This document shows, piece after piece, positions 10,412-24,100 of a stretch of DNA of 47,123 nt. This stretch comes from Salisapilia sapeloensis CBS 127946 (taxonomy: Eukaryota; Protista; Oomycota). Location: contig JAADVB010000150.1 of assembly GCA_023334545.1 (NCBI GenBank), positions 1 to 47,123 on the forward strand, given 5' to 3'. Each line of letters opens with the position of its first letter. The stretch's first letter is position 1. The notes under the pieces were generated by a model that saw nothing but the letters and a program-made list of their open reading frames with translations, did no database searches and was not told the DNA's origin. The position numbers and the translations under genes were made by a program.

Positions 10412-12247
10412 ATGGACGGTGCGTCTCCCGCCAAGCGCCGCCGTGTAGACGAGAGTAGCTCTCTTAATGCCCATAATGGATGCTTGAATCCCGAGAATGC
10501 ACCTCTTGTGGAGGAGCTGTTTAAACTAAAGCTACGTGTGCGAGAGAACTCGCATTTGGGTAGTAACTACTATCGTGCTATCACGAGTGTGCGTATGTGC
10601 AAGGACACGATCACGAGTGGAGTGCAAGCCAAAGCACTGCATGGCATTGGAAACTTCATTGCAGGTCAGATACAAGCTGTTTTACAACGTCTTGCCAACG
10701 GCACAGCTGAGCAAGAGGAGAAAGCAGAAGCTTCTGCTCCTGCTCCTGCTCCAGCGCCTACCATCGCTAGTCCTTCCAAGAAGGCATCACAGGGCTCTAG
10801 AGAAAGCCGAGAGCGTATCTATCGTCCATCTAAAAAGAAACGTAAGCATGTTATCCTATCTGAAGCCGTTGAATTATATTAATTGTGCTATAGAGCCGTG
10901 GTATGTGCTAATAAAGCTGTATGAGGAAGAAGCCTTCACCGCCTCTTCTGCTATCACAACGGACTCGCTGTTTGAAAAACTCCAATCGTCTGGTGTATGC
11001 CTATCTTGTCTATTCGTTAAAGACTTTCTTATTGAGATATACTGGTATAGTTTCCTGCTTCTAGTCGTCAGCTACGATCCTGTCTCGGATCACTCACCTC
11101 TACCTACAAAGTGACAGAGCGATCGGACGATGGGAACATCTTTTTAACCGCCATTGGAAAGCGTAGTGCCTTCAATTGTGTATCAGAATATCGTGAACTA
11201 GACAGTTCAGCACTTCCAATTGATAATCGGAACAATATCTCAATCGAAAGTATCGACACTGAGTCTGGTGACGAGTGGAAGCGTCGAGAGGATGTGGTAG
11301 AAGTGGAGGAAGATGAGTTCTTTGATAATGACGAGTTTCTACCGCTAGAAGAACGTTTAGAACGGGAACAGACACGTGTGGAGAGTACCAAGTACCATGT
11401 GAATGAACCTGGAGATACGTGGGAAGTCGTGTTGCTTCTAGATCATCGAGAGTCGACTAGTCGTAATCGACGGAGTGAGTTTGAACGCAAGTTGGTCGAG
11501 AAAGGAGTTGAGTGTGAAGTGCGTAATTTGCATATTGGAGACATGCAGTGGATTGGGAGACGGACACGAGGTGGTAGCACAGATGAGTTCATGCTGAATG
11601 TGATTGTCGAGCGAAAGGAGGTGAAAGACTTGTCCGGGAGTATCGTCGATCGGAGATATGCAGAGCAAAAAATGCGATTGAAAGATACAGGTGCGACGCA
11701 CGTGATTTACCTAGTGGAAGGATCGATTACACAGGAGACAGCAGTCACGACACAAAGACTCCAGTCAGCGATCTGCCGAACGCAAGTGGAAGATCACTTT
11801 TACGTCCACTTGTCGCCAAGTGCAGATGAGTCCTTTCAGTTTCTAGCAGACGTCCATTCTCAATTGCTGTCCGAGTTTCCTTTTCCATCTCAATTACGTA
11901 CTTCCTATCCACATGTGACTCCTACGATCATGCCTACACGTATCAAGCAAGTACGAGAAGTGTTCATATTGCCTGTCATCTCTTTTGATATGTTTAATAC
12001 CAACTATCGGAAGCAAAATGCTTTTACAGTTGGCCAAGTATATCAACGAATGCTGATGCAAATACGTGGTGTGAGTGGTATGAAGGCATGTGCGATCTCA
12101 CGTACATTCAAGACGATGAAGGACGTACGAAACGCGATAAGAGAAGGAAAAGTAGAGCATGTTCGATGTGGTGAAAAAGAGAGGAAGGTCGGGAAGAAGA
12201 CGACAGAGAATATTGCTCACGTGCTACTAGACCAGTCGTATGAATAA
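10412..12247 (+). CDS. MUS81: Crossover junction endonuclease MUS81, 3 exons (introns 10842-10893 and 10995-11050)
   Basis: N-terminal HhH (YYRAITSVR..ALHGIGNFIA), ERCC4 nuclease (VLLLDHRE, IVERKEVKDLSGSIVDRRYAEQKMRL, VIYLVEG), C-terminal HhH (QIRGVSGMKA). Two GT-AG introns restore one frame across the three ORF pieces. Confidence 0.9.
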
Positions 12248-12640
12248 AGAGAAAATGTATTTGTTCGGTCGCACATACTTGTTGCAACGCAATTCTAGGC
12301 GAGCAAAACCCTGGCAGGACCGATACTTGATATCGGACGGTCGTATCGAGCAAACTTAGCGGCCCGTGGGGTCTCTTAGCCGAATTGCCCTTCTAGCGGA
12401 CACCCACCACAATGGATTCAAAGTGGTTTATAGGTATCCTCCGTCCTGTCATACACAGCTACTCTATCTACTAGCACTAACAAGACCGAATGGTAGATCG
12501 ATCATATCCATCCACTATGGTAATTGATCTTTGGTTGTTGCTATGGACACTTTATAGCTACTTTATGACGTATTACTACTTTTATACGGAGAAAAGTGTA
12601 CGAAGAGACACATAGATAAGAGACGAGTACTCGGGGAGCT

Positions 12641-15085
12641 ATGGGCAGTGCACGTGAGTCTGCACCGCTGCTTCCACAAACCGCTTCGAACACAAAGTCA
12701 GATGAGAAAGAGAGCAAGTCGTCACTGTTTTCTCGCTTCCGAGAGACGGATGGGAACGCCACAAGAGGATCGAAACAGGCGCAGCGACAAATGCTGTGCA
12801 TGCAGTTCAGCCTCTTTTTCATGCTAGCGATTGATTTCCTTGCGCTTGTTGGCGTTGCCTGGTTCAGCATGGCATTGCATGGTGCGTCTACTAGCACTGA
12901 GAATACGTTTTTCTCGTTTAATTGGCTCCTGGATCCATCGACTCCGCAGTGGGAGTTCTGGGGCTTACCAGTGATCATTTCATCCGTTAAAGTCCTGCTC
13001 TTCGTTCTTTGTGCTCGAACCGTTGCATCTTCTACGCTCCTGTACTCGTTCTGCCACATCGTTTCCATCACCTTTATCGCCTTGTTGGCCTACAATGCCG
13101 TTCGTCTGGATAGCTTGAGTCAGACGCAAGAAGAGCACTTTTTACTTCGTGGTGCGAACGTTGCCAATTCGCTACCTCTCATCTTTACTGTCTTAGAGGT
13201 CGTGAACCTCCGCTATCTCCGTGGCTCAGATGAGACACAAGACGAGAATCCACGCAAAGGCATGTCGCTCGTCCAGATGCTGCATATCCTCAAGCCGTAC
13301 TTTTGGCCGCAAGGATTCAACAACAAGATCCGTGCCGGAAGCACATACATCATCCTCGTAGCGTCCAAGGCCGCCAACCTCTCTGCTCCGTTGTTCATGG
13401 CAGCGACGACGAATGCGTTGGTGTCGAAAGACTTAAGTCGAGCCATTCTGTACGTCGGTCTGTATTGTGGTGTGACGCTTACGTCTCGCCTGTTAAAGGA
13501 ACTGCAGTCGCTCATCTACCTCCGTGTGAAGCAGACGGCGTACATTGAGCTCGCGACGCTCACGTATGAACACGTCCATACGCTTTCGTACGACTGGCAC
13601 GTCCATAAGAAACTCGGTGATGTCCTACGTAGTATGGATCGCGGTGTCGAGTCTGCGAATTCCGTCGTTTCGTTTGTCTTTTTGAACTTGATGCCGACGC
13701 TAGTGGAAGCCATTGTCGTCGTTATCATCTTTGCTGCACACTTCCAACTCGCGACGATCTCTATCATTGCGTTTGTAAGTCTCGTCTTGTATGCTTACCT
13801 AACGATCCGCATTACTTTGTGGAGAAAGCAATTCCGAGAAGCTTCTGTGAAGCATGATAATGAGTATCATGACAAGGCAACAGACGCGTTGCTGAATTAT
13901 GAGACGATTAAATACTTTGCGAATGAAAAGTATGAAGTCGACGAGTACGCTCGCGTGATCCAAAAGTACCAGAAGAACAGTGTCTCGGTCCAAGCTTCTT
14001 TAAATGCGTTGAATGGGACGCAGTCGATCATTATGCAGTTCACTGTCTTTGCGACACTTGGTCTCGCTATCCCTCATGTCGTCTCGGACTCTGGACGACA
14101 CATTGATGTCGGATCTTTCGTTGCTATCTCAGTCTATCTTGCCAACTTGTTCCAGCCACTGTCGTTCTTAGGTACGATCTACAACATGGTCATTAACTCC
14201 GTCGTGGACATGCGGAAGCTGTCAGAGCTCTTGTCTGTTGAACCGGATATTGTGGATGTCCCGAACGCACAGGAGCTAACTGTGTGCAACTATGACCTTC
14301 AGAACGGTATCGATGTCGTCTTCAAGGACGTGTCCTTCCACTATCCATCGCAAGACGCTGGTCGAGGCATCCAAAACGTCAGTTTTACGATTGAAAGAGG
14401 AACGACGACTGCGATCGTGGGGGAAACAGGCGCTGGAAAGACGACACTTTCGCGGTTAGTGTTCCGTTTCTATGAATTGACGGGTGGTAAGATCCTCGTA
14501 AACCATCATAACATTCGAGAAGTGACGCAGCAGTCTCTCCGTCGTGCTGTTGGTATCGTCCCACAGGATACAGTTATGTTCAACACGTCCATCCTGCACA
14601 ATATCCAGTATGGCAACTTGAACGCATCGTTTGCTCAAGTGGAGCAAGCAGCTAAGAGTGCTCGTATCTATGACTTTATCATGAGTCTGCCGGAGCAGTG
14701 GGATACCAAGGTCGGCGAGCGAGGTCTGAAGCTGTCTGGAGGTGAAAAGCAGCGTGTCGCCATCGCTCGGACGCTTCTGAAGGATCCTCCTGTCGTCGTC
14801 TTGGATGAAGCTACATCTGCTTTAGATACAGTGACAGAGCAGGAGATCCAGAGTGCGCTAAATAAGCTCACGAAGAACCGGACGATGCTCGTGATTGCTC
14901 ATCGACTGTCGACGATCCAGAACGCACATCAGATCATCGTCATGCAGGAAGGTAGTGTCGCAGAAATGGGTACGCATGCGGAATTATTGGCGAAGCAAGG
15001 CCTTTACGACCGCATGTGGAGCACGCAGCAGAAGAGTGAGGTCGGATCAGCGATGGATCTCACGGGTGCGTCCCAAGACGACTAG
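12641..15085 (+). CDS. ABCB6: ABCB half-transporter, HMT1/ABCB6/ATM1 group, with N-terminal extra TM domain, 814 aa
   Basis: Walker A GETGAGKTT, Q-loop IVPQD, signature LSGGEKQRV, Walker B VVVLDEATSALD, H-loop IAHRLST. TMD motifs ATDALLNYETIKYF and QPLSFLGTIY are typical of ATM1/HMT1. The hydrophobic N-terminal extension favours HMT1/ABCB6. Confidence 0.85.
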   Translation: MGSARESAPLLPQTASNTKSDEKESKSSLFSRFRETDGNATRGSKQAQRQMLCMQFSLFFMLAIDFLALVGVAWFSMALHGASTSTENTFFSFNWLLDPSTPQWEFWGLPVIISSVKVLLFVLCARTVASSTLLYSFCHIVSITFIALLAYNAVRLDSLSQTQEEHFLLRGANVANSLPLIFTVLEVVNLRYLRGSDETQDENPRKGMSLVQMLHILKPYFWPQGFNNKIRAGSTYIILVASKAANLSAPLFMAATTNALVSKDLSRAILYVGLYCGVTLTSRLLKELQSLIYLRVKQTAYIELATLTYEHVHTLSYDWHVHKKLGDVLRSMDRGVESANSVVSFVFLNLMPTLVEAIVVVIIFAAHFQLATISIIAFVSLVLYAYLTIRITLWRKQFREASVKHDNEYHDKATDALLNYETIKYFANEKYEVDEYARVIQKYQKNSVSVQASLNALNGTQSIIMQFTVFATLGLAIPHVVSDSGRHIDVGSFVAISVYLANLFQPLSFLGTIYNMVINSVVDMRKLSELLSVEPDIVDVPNAQELTVCNYDLQNGIDVVFKDVSFHYPSQDAGRGIQNVSFTIERGTTTAIVGETGAGKTTLSRLVFRFYELTGGKILVNHHNIREVTQQSLRRAVGIVPQDTVMFNTSILHNIQYGNLNASFAQVEQAAKSARIYDFIMSLPEQWDTKVGERGLKLSGGEKQRVAIARTLLKDPPVVVLDEATSALDTVTEQEIQSALNKLTKNRTMLVIAHRLSTIQNAHQIIVMQEGSVAEMGTHAELLAKQGLYDRMWSTQQKSEVGSAMDLTGASQDD

Positions 15086-15164
15086 ATGCTTTTGATCCTT
15101 TAGATTTAATTCCAATTGCACGCAAAGACAAGAGACGTTGCTTTTAAACTTTTATTTCTTTTGG

Positions 15165-18100
15165 TTATGCAGCGCTTGGTCTCCTACTTGTCGGTATGTT
15201 TTCAATCTGGAAGATCGGATAGGTGGCTGGCATCGTCTTGCCAGATCCTTCTGGAGGTGGGTGAGATACTAATGGGGTTGAAAAGCTCATGCTACGGAGG
15301 AGGTTCGTACTGGATGTCATTTGCGTCATGAACGAGCGTTCTTGTTGCTGTAGCATCGCTTGTACGAACATGATTTTCTTTGCTGGCATCGAAACTTCAT
15401 GCTTTTGTAGGGAGAAACCTAGATGGTGGATCTGCTCGAGGTTCTCTGTCATGTAGTAGAACGTCAATAGATCTGGCTTAGACGTCTTGGATTCGACTAA
15501 TACGAGTTCTTCTGCCGACAACTCCCATTCGATTGTATAGCTTTGGTCAGGCTTGACCTGTAGCATCAAGACACGCTTTTTCGTGACCAAGAAACATTTT
15601 TGCGTCAAGTCCACATGGCCGAGGTATCCATCCTTGCGATACCTTCCACCACGTAATTTGCCAACGATCTCTTCTCCCAACGACTCCACATACGAGTACA
15701 CTTTCAAACGCTTTGTCTTGTAGTCGATATGACGCGGAGGTCGTGAGCGCAGGAGCAGAGCTTTTGTGCTTGGATCCACTGCATCTCGAAGCTTGGCTGT
15801 CGTAACGGATGTCGCTAGTGACAAACCGAGCAAAGGCTTCAATACAAGACCGAACGCGCCGGCTAATAGTCCAGGGAAAACTCCTTTCATTCCACTCACT
15901 TCGAACGAGTGGATAGGCGCCACCGCTAGACCAGCAATGCCTTGTGCAAAGCCTTGGTACACATTTCGAGTCGCTGGGTACCCTGTGTAGTCATCTAGCT
16001 TCAAACATGCTTCAGATAGACCCAACGTACATGCAGTCAAGATACGCGTATTAAAGTCCAGGAACGTATACACCGACGCTCTCGTCAGTGACAGAGTGCC
16101 TCGTCCGATACCCAGTGCAAACTGCTGCGGACTCTGCATGATTCCATGGACTGGTTCATGGAAAAAGTCGTAGAAGCCTCCTTTCATGTTCTTCCAAGCA
16201 ATCATCGGATTCCCCAAGACATCGACACTTCCTAGAATCACATAGGCCTGTCGCAGTGCTTCTCGTTGGTAGTGAGCTCCTATACGAGCACCGAGCGCAT
16301 CGGCCTGTACAAACGAATGATTGATATCGACAGAGTTCAAGTGGAAAGGCGCATTCGCGATCTTGGCGAGACTGGCACCAATCGCATTCAGCAGTAGTCG
16401 TAGCGGACCGACTGTAATCTGCGTATGTCGACGCAAATTCGTTGTGTATGTCCCAGACGCTCCATCAGCTGCATCCTCTTCTCTACCACTCGTGGCACCG
16501 AAAGAAAAGCTGACCATAGCTCGAATCGCACCGATGTGGAACTCTTCAAAGTATAGTTTCTTCGCCATCTCTTTCGATGCCAACTTGCCTGGACTTGGAT
16601 GACTCGTTAGTTTCTTCCGTCGACCGGTAACTGTGCTCTGGCGACGAGACATGGTCGACTGTGTACCAGTGACAGAAGTCGTCCGGTCTTCGTGCATAGC
16701 TTCCACGACTTCGACACCGACTTCAAGACTGGAGTTTAAGTCGTCAAGCAGTAGACTTTTATCTGCGACCATGGAAGACACACGTCCGACTGCCCGATCA
16801 TCTCCTAGTGTCGTCTCTGCGTACTCTTTTCCATGCGCAAACATCGGTAGTAGCTGGTAGAGTAACGAACCATCGACACGTGTATGCACTGGTACCAAGT
16901 GAGCACTAAAGTGTCGAATGAAGTTGACGCTAGCATGATCATCTTGCTTGACAATGCATATGCGCACAGCAGGTGCGAGTAGCTTGGAGGATTGTGGCTC
17001 TAACTCTCGTGCCCCACGATTGGCAAAGCGCAGTAGCACTGGGAACGGTGTGGACGGAAGTTGATGGTCGATCTGCATATCTCCGAGCTGGAATCGACTA
17101 GCAGTGATTTGTGTCGGACGTTCGCGTTGGAGATACTCTTCTCCCCCGTCTCCAACACGAGCGATGATAGCACGATCTTCCTCTCGACTAGATGCAGATA
17201 CTAAAGTTTCAAATTGAACGTTTGAAATGGAAATGTAAAGCAACTCTTTTGGCTCTCCATCAATGATCGAAATGCCAACACCTTGCAGCATCACTTGTAA
17301 CGACACGGATGGTGTCGGGACAAAGTGGTGGAGGAACTTGGTCGATTGAGGTGACGCAGGCACACGTTCTGGACCTGGTACTATCGAGCGATAGTTTCGT
17401 CCTTGACGCAGACGAGTGTCAGTGAAACGAAGCACTCGTGTCGGACCGTCGGCTAGAATGGCGACGCCAAGTGCACCGCCTAATTCATCCGGATACGTCT
17501 GAAGATGATCTAATCGGAACGTACCGATACGTACTGGCCGGCTATTATCTCCAGCTGCAGACGGGAGCATGTCAACCATTAGTAGCTGCTCTTGCGTCGG
17601 TTCATCCCATGAGTACTCGAGACTATGATGCGGCAGTAGGACCTCACTACGTCGCACACGATACTGATGAACTCGCAGCGTTTCGAGCGAAAAGTTTTCA
17701 ATACGATATGGCGCTGCTGCAGGACTCTCTTCTCTAAAGTAGACGCATACACAAGGTCCATCTAGCTTAAAGTTGATTCGAATCAGACGCACCTCACGGG
17801 TGGATTCATGCTGCACTCGCACGGCAAAGTCTCCCGTCTCGCTTAACGGGACAGCGCCACTCCAGGACCATCCTGGCTCAGCGACACGGCAACGAATAGT
17901 ACGGACGTTGGCCAAGTCGCTCGTCCAGTGGAAGTCTGCATACGCTCCTGCTTCCAGCACGACGCCACCGCTGACGGAAGGTTCATTCTTACGTGCAATC
18001 TGCATGTGCGCACCGACGTCAGGAGTGACAGGAGGACTTCCTTTCTTAGACGAATGGCACACTTCAATGGCAGAGCCAAGAGCGTTGATCAGCATGAAAC

Positions 18101-21100
18101 GAGGTGTGAGCATAATGACTTTTGTGCGAGAGTACTGTCCTTTTGCAGTGGAGATAGAGTACCCGACACTATACGTTCGTCCAGAGGACATGTCCGTCGC
18201 TTCTAATTGTCCCGACGTTCCCGTTTGATCGAGCATTATACTGTCGGACCATTCATGACGTGGAATCCGCTTCGTTTTGTCGAAAGCATCGTCATTGACA
18301 CGGAAGCGGACGTGACCTTTCGAAGCTTTATAGTCCGAGTAACAGGCTTGTAGGACTTCTAGTTGATCTGACTCTTTCGTGTCGTCAATGGATTTAGGAA
18401 GCAGGTCGAGTATGCCTTTGACATTCGGAACGCTAGGTAATAAGCTTGCATGATGGAGCTTTCGCTGTCTCTTACGGCCAGACCGATCTGTATTCTTTAC
18501 AGATCGAGTCGCAACTTCAGATTCGACATCCTCTTCCTTGCGCTCGGAGCGTAGTTGATGGATGATATGTGGGTTCTCCCCCCGATTCCTCGTCGGTCTC
18601 TGCTGCTCTTCCTTCGACAGCAGCTCTTCTCGGTCCAGACGCCGTTGACCTGCCAATAAGGCTGTCGGGTGCTCTCGACCGGTAAACCTCTCATCAAACG
18701 CAAACTCTAGATGCAAGTTGGTCGCGTTGACAATCCAGTAAGGAACATACAGCAAGATCTCGTGACACCTTCCAGCTCCTTCCTGCGTTTCCACTGTCAT
18801 ATACAAGAACGCATCGGTGACCACGTCCTTCATGCGTAGACGCTGAACGCCATCTTCCAGTTCCTCCGTCACAAGGAACGGATCGCTCCATTCAAAGCCT
18901 TTCATACGCACACGCAGCTCCAACGGCGTGCTTCGATCTGACAAGTGCCACAGCATCGAGTCCGCGACGTTGATGCTTCCACGCTCACGCAGTCGTTGCT
19001 GACTGTTCTCCCATCCCATCTTGGCACTTGAGCTCGCGTCGGAGTCGACAGAAGGCTCCCAATCGTTTGGTGTCGATAAACTGTACTCCAACGCTCCTGC
19101 CGTCAAGTTCCGGAGGAATAATGGTGGACGGAAGGATAGTGTACGTTGGTATAAAGCGGTAGTGGTGTTCGACAGCATCGCACTCATGACGAACGGACGT
19201 ACTGGACGATCATTATACAGTCGATGGAACTTGACGACACAATGAGAAGCCATGCCATCTCCGTTTAAAGCCTTGTCACTGTCATCGCCACGGTCAAAGA
19301 TAGGCAAGTGCACTCTTTCCTTTGCATATGCCTTTGGAAGTGTGTGACGATCGGTGGTTAGCGATTTCATTGGCGGTGGACGGACCATCATAAAGCCTTC
19401 GGCTGCTGAGCTGAGGTTTAGCGGTACGTGCATCATGGACCCAGCTTCTAAGACGGTTTTCCACGATGGTGTCGGGTGCGTGTGACCACTACGTTGATGA
19501 TGCATCGGTGACTGCTTTCGTGGTGGCGGCATGAACTCGACCTCCAAGTCAGAAGCAGTGTTATTATCAAGCAAAAGAGTTGAGCGGACGACAAAGAACT
19601 TGCATCCTCTTTCAACAAACACATCGATAACGCATTCGCATCGTTTCACACTAGATGAGTCTGCTTCAGCATTCACTTCCGTAAGTGCATACAGTCGTGA
19701 GTCAAGTTGGTCTACTGGGATGGCAACTTCACTCTGCCATTTCCGAACGCCCATGTCCTCTGCATCCATCGCATTCTCCCCTTCAACACAAATGTACAGG
19801 TGCCTATTACGCAAAGAGAATGGAACGGGACTAGACTCGCCCATCTCATTTCCTGCACCCGAGTGCTGGCGAACAAAGTCGAGAAGTGTATCGCTCTTGT
19901 CTGCGAACTCAAGCGGTTCTTCTACGCCAGGCTCTAGCGAACTGCCTTGACAGGCATGACCCCAATACTTTAACGTCATGCCAGTGTCGTTTCGAATACG
20001 ATAGGACGAGTAGTTGGTCATCTCTCGAGGATCTCCTCCATCTGCCTGTACCCATCGCCATGCTCTTTGGGCTGCAATCATGTTCGCCATGAACGCGTCT
20101 GTGACATTTAGTTGCAGATACTCTTTTGATGATACGCTTAGGTCCCAACATGCACCTTCCTCTACAGTATCTACGTCTTCATTTCTACTACCATTCGAGA
20201 CCTTTGCCAAATTCACTTGGACATTCCATGGCTCGATAAGTGGTTCGGAAGCGACTAGTCGAAGGTTATGATACCACGCTTCGAGGTGGCAATGGGCAGC
20301 GACGATTGTCTGTATGTCAGCACCAAAGCGAAGAGCCATGGAGATCGAGTCCACACGTAGGCCGACGACAGGTGATTCTTGATCGACCATATTATTGATC
20401 AGCCGTAATTGGACTCCTTTAGCGTCCAAGTGAGCTTCGAGGATAGCGGCAGGCTTTAGTGCCTCGTTTGACATATGTGACGACTCGACAGCTTCATTTT
20501 CACTTGGTGCCTTGTCAGAGAGGTTATCATTGACAAGCCAGACCTCTTCTTCTTTCAAAACTGCTTCCCATGAATTCCCAAAAGTTTGTTGGATATTGGT
20601 ATGAGCTGAAAGAGCCGACGTGATACTCAATCCGAGCTTTAAGAAGAGTGGTAAGTCTCGATAGGACAGTCGGGAGGTGATTAGACCGACATCTGCACGC
20701 ACTTGATGCTGTATCCATTTCGAAGAGGATGGTAGATGCAGCTCTTGTCCTTGGAACAGTGTATTGTCACTTAGAGAAGATGTCACATTGGTGGAAGAGC
20801 TGCTTGTATGCAGTCGAGAAGACGAATTCAGCGTGACGTCAAATGGTTCGACGATACGCCACAGTTCATGTAGTTCGGACGATGGTAATGGATCGCTTTC
20901 TGCCTCTCTTTCGACGGATGTCTTCACCGCGACATTGATCTTTTCCAAATCAGCAGATGCGTCCATAATCTCCGGATATGTCAGCATCATATCTTGCTCC
21001 TTTACATACGATGCCTTGGCATTTGCAGTCAACTTACTCGATAGCACACTCCCGCTTGCTTCACCTGCATCATCGACTGAAAGCAACAGTATTTCAAATG

Positions 21101-24100
21101 AAGACAACTCAGCATGTAGTTCCAGAACTACACGCGGTTGGGTCGAAGTATCACTTTGACTGTCTACTTGTGCCTCCTTGTCTTCCGAATGAGTAGAAGG
21201 GATGGAGCTGTTGACTGCTTTCGAAGACGGAGGCGACGTCACGTCTGAACCTACTTGATCACCTGCTGCAACAGGACTCTTCTCCGCAGGTATTTCGAGA
21301 TGACTCAAGTCTGATATCTTGACCTTGTCTTGTCCACTCGAACCTGCTTTACTATTACTACGCTTCGGTTGATTCTGTCGTGTATCTGGTCGATAGGCAG
21401 ACACGTCTGATCGTGGCGCAGGCATGTCATCATCAAACTCACTGCTCTCTTCTCCAGATTCAAAGTAGTCGAGCGACTGGAACTGGTTCGGATTCGACAG
21501 TTCATACGACTCGCGATGCAATTGCAAGTGAAAGATCTTTTGCTTAAGTGACAAAGCTGCTGCCATGACAAAGTACTCGACACGTAGAGCTACCTTTGGT
21601 AGCGCATTAAGGCACAGCGAAGTCATAAGTACGTTTAGGTCGTACACTTGGTACGGTACTCCATCTTCACTCTGATGCATCTCGGCGATGAGCTTCACAT
21701 GTAGTTGCTCATCATTGAAACCAAGAGCAAGATCGCCTACATTCGCAAGAGTAGGGAAGCTACTACTGTTTTGATCCGACGCAGGCGTCTGTTCATCAAC
21801 GCCATCCTTGGTATGATCGAAGCTCAACGATGCACCGAGCAGCTTTGTCTTCAGTGGACTATCGTCTGCACAATCCCTCACTGCGATTTCTTGTACTCCA
21901 AGTTCACACTTGAGAGGATGCATGTCAGGTCGACTGTTTCCAGAGAAGCTTAGTCGAACACAGTTAACGTCAAGTTCTGCAACAGCAGCAAATGAGTCAC
22001 TTGCGTATGATCTAGCGTCTCTCCAATTCGCATCTGGAGCAGTTTCCACATCGCCAAAGAGTGAAAACGTCGGATCTCGTGCAGGATGGAAACTGTCTTC
22101 ACTTGCTGCTCTCTCCAACCACGTGTCGAATTGCGCTTTCATCTTACTCTCCGCGACAAGCACTACCTTTATTTGTTTCAAGAAGACGTTTGCCTGGAGA
22201 CCATACCTCATCCAGTCCGGTTTATCCGATGCACTGTGTGCTAGATCCTCCTTTCCATTTTCCAAAGGAGTATCTTGACCAATAGAAGCACGTCTATCGT
22301 GTTCTTGACTGCTTTGCGTGCTCATTAAAGCCTCTGCGATCGGAATCGTAGATCCGTACGTGGCTTCTATTACTGTTGAAAGTGTCGCCTCTCCAGCATT
22401 CACACGTACAGGTTCGATGTCAATGGAAACAACGACATCCTCCGCCTTCTCTTCGGTAGTTGGCTCGAAGGACACTGGCAATGTACACTTTCCATGGAGT
22501 CCTGTGGGCTCAATTACATCAGGAATCGATCCTTCACATGCAACGTGTAGTTTCGATAGATCCAGTTGCAAGTCGAGGTATTGGCCACTCTCTGAACTAG
22601 CATCACCATGCGTTTGACTGGTAAAAGAGACACAACCGAGGTCGACTAGCAGTCCACTGCTGTACTCGTCTGCATCTGGAGCAAACGTCCGAGCTTTACT
22701 TCCTGGTAGGATGATATTCGGATGCAAGAGCTTTACACTAACAGTAAGAGAGGTGAATAGCATCAGGATAGAGTCATCCTTCGAGTGTTCACTCTCTTCA
22801 GCCTGATCAGCACTCTCCTGTACTAGTTTGCTGTCCTTCTGTTCATCCTCTTTCGCTTCTTCTTTCGCTTTTGGAGATGAGACACCAGGTGTCCTTCCAA
22901 CCATATCAATCGCATCAAAGAACGGCGTGGTGCTACTTTCCACTGCAGGACTTTTGAACTCGTTCTCATCAAAGGATGTAAAGTGGAGATCACGTAGATC
23001 CATCTTTCGATCATCCATAAACGTCGGCATGTCATTCGAGTAAGAACGATGCTTGCTCTCTGTATATGTATCCTCTTCTTCTGCTAGATATGCAGATAAA
23101 GGACCTCGGACGACAGAGTTTACAATTCGTTCGACAAAGTCTGGATTTGCGGAAATATCCAATGGATTTACGACGACTTGAAGCTTAGACTGGAAAGGTT
23201 CTTCCGCCACGTCGTGATCTACAGCTTTTAATCGAAGCGACAGGGTCAAAAGAGCTTTGTGTAAGTCATCTCCATTTGTCTCGATCCGTCCGACATTGAG
23301 ACCACATATCTCGCGATACGTCTTCTTACTCATTGACTTATCAAGAGAGGAGAAACTACTTAGCTTTGTAATCGTGTCGGAATCACGTTCCGACTCGCGA
23401 TGGTCTCCAGCAAACAAATCAAAGACTTTGACATCGCCGACAGTGGCTTCCACCGATGTCTCTCGTCCTCCACCCATCTCCAGCTGTAGCTTCGTTTGTA
23501 CTACTGCTGCTGACGACAATAGCTCCGATCGATCCGACACACAGATCGACACCGAGTGCACCCTCACTTTCACGTCGAAAGCGACTGGTTTCTTCACTAC
23601 AGACCTATCCTCTTCCTTTTGCTCTGGCGTGCCAAAGTGTTGTGTAACGAAGTTCTGTCTCGCCTTATCCAAGTCTGCTCGGACGGACTCGGTCAAGCTT
23701 GGTGGCATGGTAAAGTCTTGGTTTGCTGTCGCTGATAATTCCAGCGGAGGGATGTCTCCGCCCAGTCCAACGTCCATGAAAGACGTATCTGGTGTCTGCT
23801 CAGACATGGGAGCTGCTTGTGGTATATTCAGCTTCCTCGACGTCTCTTCTAGCATCTCCAACAAAGAGCAGACGTAGGACTGGTCAAAGTTGACGTGCAG
23901 AGCTCCGACACGAACATTCAAGTCGTTACTGACTGGCAGACCAGTGCTCGTGTCTGAGTACGAGTTGTATACTAGTTCCAACAAGTTTTCGGGTGGTCCG
24001 TCCTTTGGAGAAGACTTAGAGTCTTCTTTCGTACTGTCATTCGAGCGCTGGATAGAGATTACACGTTCACGTTGTCTCGCTAGAGTACGTGTGCGAGGCA

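Noticed and set aside
11308-11337. FFAT-like EDEFFDNDE in MUS81
   Set aside because: It sits in an acidic linker of a nuclear nuclease and lacks the conserved Ala; probably compositional.
12318-12440. Small hairpins (CCGATA-CTTGA-TATCGG) and repeated TAGCGG/TAGCCG upstream of the ABC gene; partial likeness to U2 snRNA (GGCTAAGA)
   Set aside because: Lacks the U2 branch-pairing GTGTAGTA and any tRNA or snRNA architecture; short stems are expected by chance.
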